Source of the DNA: Daphnia carinata
Taxonomy: Eukaryota
Assembly (NCBI RefSeq): GCF_022539665.2
Contig: NC_081331.1
Coordinates: 4,216,001 to 4,280,000 of the forward strand
DNA: 64,000 nucleotides
Reading direction: 5' to 3'
This document shows, piece by piece, positions 60,565-64,000 of this stretch; positions within the stretch are counted from its first letter, which is position 1, and each line of letters starts with the position of its first letter. The notes beneath the pieces were generated by a model. It was not told where the DNA came from. It was given only the letters and a program-made list of their open reading frames with translations, and did no database searches. The position numbers were made by a program, and so were the translations under genes.

Positions 60565-63500
60565 GAGCGGGAGATGGGAGTGTACAGGTAAACTGAGAGA
60601 GAGAAAAAAAAAAAAGGACGAACAGGGGGGGAGAGTGAAAATGGGGGGATTCTTGTGATGTGTGTCTTTATATTCTTCTTTATTATTCCACGTATTTTTT
60701 TTTTTTTTCGTTCTTCTTTGCGGTGGAAAATATCATTAGAGAAAACAATTTTTCAAGAGGCTTTGGTATTGGCTCTCTCTCGGTCAGCCATCACGACACG
60801 GGGCAGACGAGAAAGAATGTTCTCTCTTTCTCCTCTCTTCATGATGCGCTTCTCCTGCATCTTTTTTTTTTTTTGTTTTCTCGATCAGAAAAATAAAAAC
60901 AACAAAATGAGGAGACCCGTTTGTTTTGTTTTTTTCTGAATGGGAACAAATCCCCGGGAGCCATTCGACGACGCGCTCGCAACTGGGCGGCTGACCTCCT
61001 TCCTAATACACCGACGAGTTCTTTTTTTCTTTTCCTTTTTTTCTTAATTTTCTTCTCTCTTCATCCCTGTTAAAAAGAAGCCGGTAACTTGAAAAAAAAA
61101 AAAAAAAAAAAAAAAATTTCAAAATATCATCACACGCAGTTGTTTTGTGTCCTTCTCTATTTCATCTTGTTTCAAAAGAGAGACTCGTCATTTATATCGT
61201 GTTTTTTTTTTTGTAACATTTATGACTTATTCAGAAAGAAACCGGTCCGAATTCTCCGGTGCTACCCAACCGAAGGCCGCGATATATTCGATGTTTTTTT
61301 TTTTATATTAATGAATAATCGTAAGTTCTTAGTATTTCGTCGGGGGAGGAGGGGGAGAAATGATGGCCAGGAAAACTAAAAACGAATTGTGTCACCTGAT
61401 TCAGGTTTAGTTTTGCATGGCCAAGAATTTGCACTTTCGAAATTCCTTTTTTCTGTTTTGTTTTTTTTTTCGACCCAACGCAATGTCAACTATTTTTATT
61501 CGAAATGGTATGCAGCCTTCCTACACCCTCGTTTCTCTATAATGCGTCATTGCCGGCAGCCTTAAAGGCAGCTTCTTTTTTTTTTTCGAAAGGAAAAACT
61601 CACATAGCGGAAGCCAAGAGCCGGTAATGTCAAAATGAACAGTAAAAAGCGGGGAATTCCAAAAAAAAAAAAAAAAAAAAAAAAAAGAAACATTAATTAT
61701 GGGTGGGGGGGGGGGGCGGAATGGTGGGTGCATCGTCATTGTCGACTTGCTGGACTTGTGCAGCCGACGCTGAGCGATAGCAACGGCCCAATGAGCACTA
61801 GGTCGTTCGTCGCTTATCCAAATTTGGACGTTTGGAACTTGGAGGAGAAAAAAGGAGGTTCCCTAAAAAGCGATAGAGGAAGAAAGAGAGAGAAGCATCA
61901 GAGTCAAGGCTGACATTCAAAGAAGCATATGTGCTGACGAGGTCAGTCGGTCAACGAGTTTTGACCGAAGATGCACGGACGGAATATTTAAATAAAGAAT
62001 ATGGAAGATGCTCGTTGCCAGTACAGGCTGCAACCATCAAACTGGTCTATGCATTTTTTTTTTTTTTTTTTTCAAATGATTGGGTTCATTGCCATTTGAT
62101 TTTTTTTTTTTTATTCCTTTCAAAAAATTTGTCGTTTACTAAACTATTTTCTTTTACCGGATTTCGTATTATTGATGGATTAACAAGATGTGACGAAGAG
62201 ATATTGCGGAATTTTCCTGTTATGCGTCTTGCCGATGGCGCTACGATTTGTTTTTTAGTCCAGCGAGTCTCACAAGGCTTCGACTTGGCAAGTGTCTTAG
62301 AAGAACGTTAGACGAGTCACTGAGCTCGCCACTATTTTCTGTGCGAGATTCCATCATATTTTTTTTGTTGCTATATGACGATCGCAAATATCTTCTTAGA
62401 AATTAAAAAAAAAAAAAAAAACAAACAAACAAATCTTTTCAGAACGTAGTGGCTTTCGATAGAGTACTGTGTGACTTCTGCCGTGAATTTTTGCTTGCGC
62501 ACGGTCATCGAGCACGAAAGACGTTGCAAAGGCAAACTGGAGAAAGTAGGAAGCGTAACCTTTGTAACGGTTCTATAGGAAATCCTGGAACATGTAGCAT
62601 ACACGTCCATATCTGGACGCTCGTATTTGGTTTCTCTCTGCCTTTTGGCGTGTTCATGTTTGTCTTTCAACCACCTACATCTTCACGTCTACCCCTTTTT
62701 CTATCCGCGTCTTGCTTTTGTTTGTTATGGGGGAGTTTTCTCGCTGGTCTGTTCTCTTTTTTTCTTATTGTTTTTTTTTTGTTTTTTTTCAGTCTCAACC
62801 CCTGTTGACTCGCCCTGTTGCGTGTGGCCAGACTTGTCCAACTCATTCCGACGAACGAAACCAACAGGAAGTGAAAGCTCTGGCGCAACTTGTTAAAACG
62901 TACCCTTCTTTCTCCGACAGACGAAATCGCTTGAATTTTTTTGGCAAATTGACAAGGACGTACATCCTTGTAGGTTCCTCCTTTGAAAACAATTCAAAAG
63001 ACACGCCTTACTAATATTTTTTCATATTCATAGACATCGTCTCGTTGTTAATAGCCCGTTGTTTCACATGGGGTCGACCCGCCTCTGATTGGCTGCTTCA
63101 CCTGCCAGGTGTGTATCAAATCAAATCACGGCCAAGAGGATTTATGTAGCGCACATCATCCGTTCGCAACAGTTGGGAAATGACGTTGCGAAAAACAAAA
63201 CAAAAAACAAAGTAGGGGAGAAGAATACCATCCATCATGAATGGGAAAAAAAAAAGCGATGGGATGGTGTAGCAACCTCATTAGAGTGATTGTAATATCT
63301 ACCTTGAAGTCATAAGGAAATAATGAAAGGATATATATATAGGGTGTAGGATAGACAACACAAATGTCTTGAGTGTTTGAACTCGATTGAGGCCGATTTA
63401 CGGAGCGCACTGCTTGAGGTGTGGCGTAAGAAATGGCCGTTTTGGAACACATGTCGTAAGACGTCTCCGTTCATTCGACGCGGGAATTTTTTTTTTTAAA

Positions 63501-64000
63501 CGCTCTGCGTACGTGGCTGGGATGCAAACGTTGCAATTAGCCTTTTCTATCCACTTTGTTTCACAACAAGTGGGTCTTATATTCCACGTGAACGAGCCTC
63601 TAAACAATCGTCAACATTAACTGGAGAAAAAAAGAAAAAGAAAAATTAAAACGTGCGGTTTAAAAAAATAATAATAAATGTTTCATTGTGAGAAGCCGCA
63701 TAATATTGTACTCTCTGAAAATAGATTGCAACAACTTCGAATCGAGCCAAAACACAGCGGGATCATCCCGCGAAATGACTGGCCAGGAAAAAAAATGAAA
63801 ATTTAGAGGCATTCAATTGTTAAAAAAAAAAAAAATTCTTTTTCTGTTCCGTTGTAGCTGAGATATATTTAAAGAGACGAGCGAGAAGATCATCTTTTTG
63901 GATGTAGCAACAAGGCAACCCAAACAACAAACTCCAAGGAAACTAAGCAGCAACAGAAGAAGAAGAAAAATGCCGAAGGTGGGACGCGCTTTGCCTCTTT

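Noticed and set aside
54300..64000. Many 60-170 aa ORFs rich in F/K runs
   Set aside because: Translations of homopolymer and microsatellite DNA with no coding signature.

Overview
This is eukaryotic, intron-rich animal genomic DNA, most consistent with a branchiopod crustacean such as Daphnia. That call is inference from ~55-100 nt introns, dense gene packing, an HRI kinase and an arthropod BTB-ZF gene. Bases ~2.8-47.3 kb form a dense cluster, in order: reticulon (-; at least three alternative first exons), SPTLC2 (+), ERCC2/XPD (-), CDK20 (+), an orphan secreted peptide (+), gamma-SNAP (+), CCNDBP1-like (-), MIS12 (-), a ZC3H3-like ORF with no CCCH fingers (+), SAM synthetase (+), a BTB/C2H2 factor (-), EIF2AK1/HRI (-) and a large coiled-coil protein (+). 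A ~1015 aa secreted Pro/Ala/Tyr/Lys repeat protein (-) follows, then ~10 kb of homopolymer-rich noncoding DNA. The strongest signal is a METTL16/METT-10-type UACAGAAAC hairpin on the intron-2 3' splice site of SAM synthetase, with an in-frame stop in that intron, suggesting an m6A splice-site SAM sensor. Also notable are a U12-type intron followed by an 18-nt microexon in gamma-SNAP, the finger-less ZC3H3-like gene, an inverted duplicate of the MIS12 last exon, an RFX X-box in the XPD/CDK20 bidirectional promoter and a recurrent AGCAGAC promoter motif. Gene models were built by hand from splice signals and reading frames; no database searches were run.
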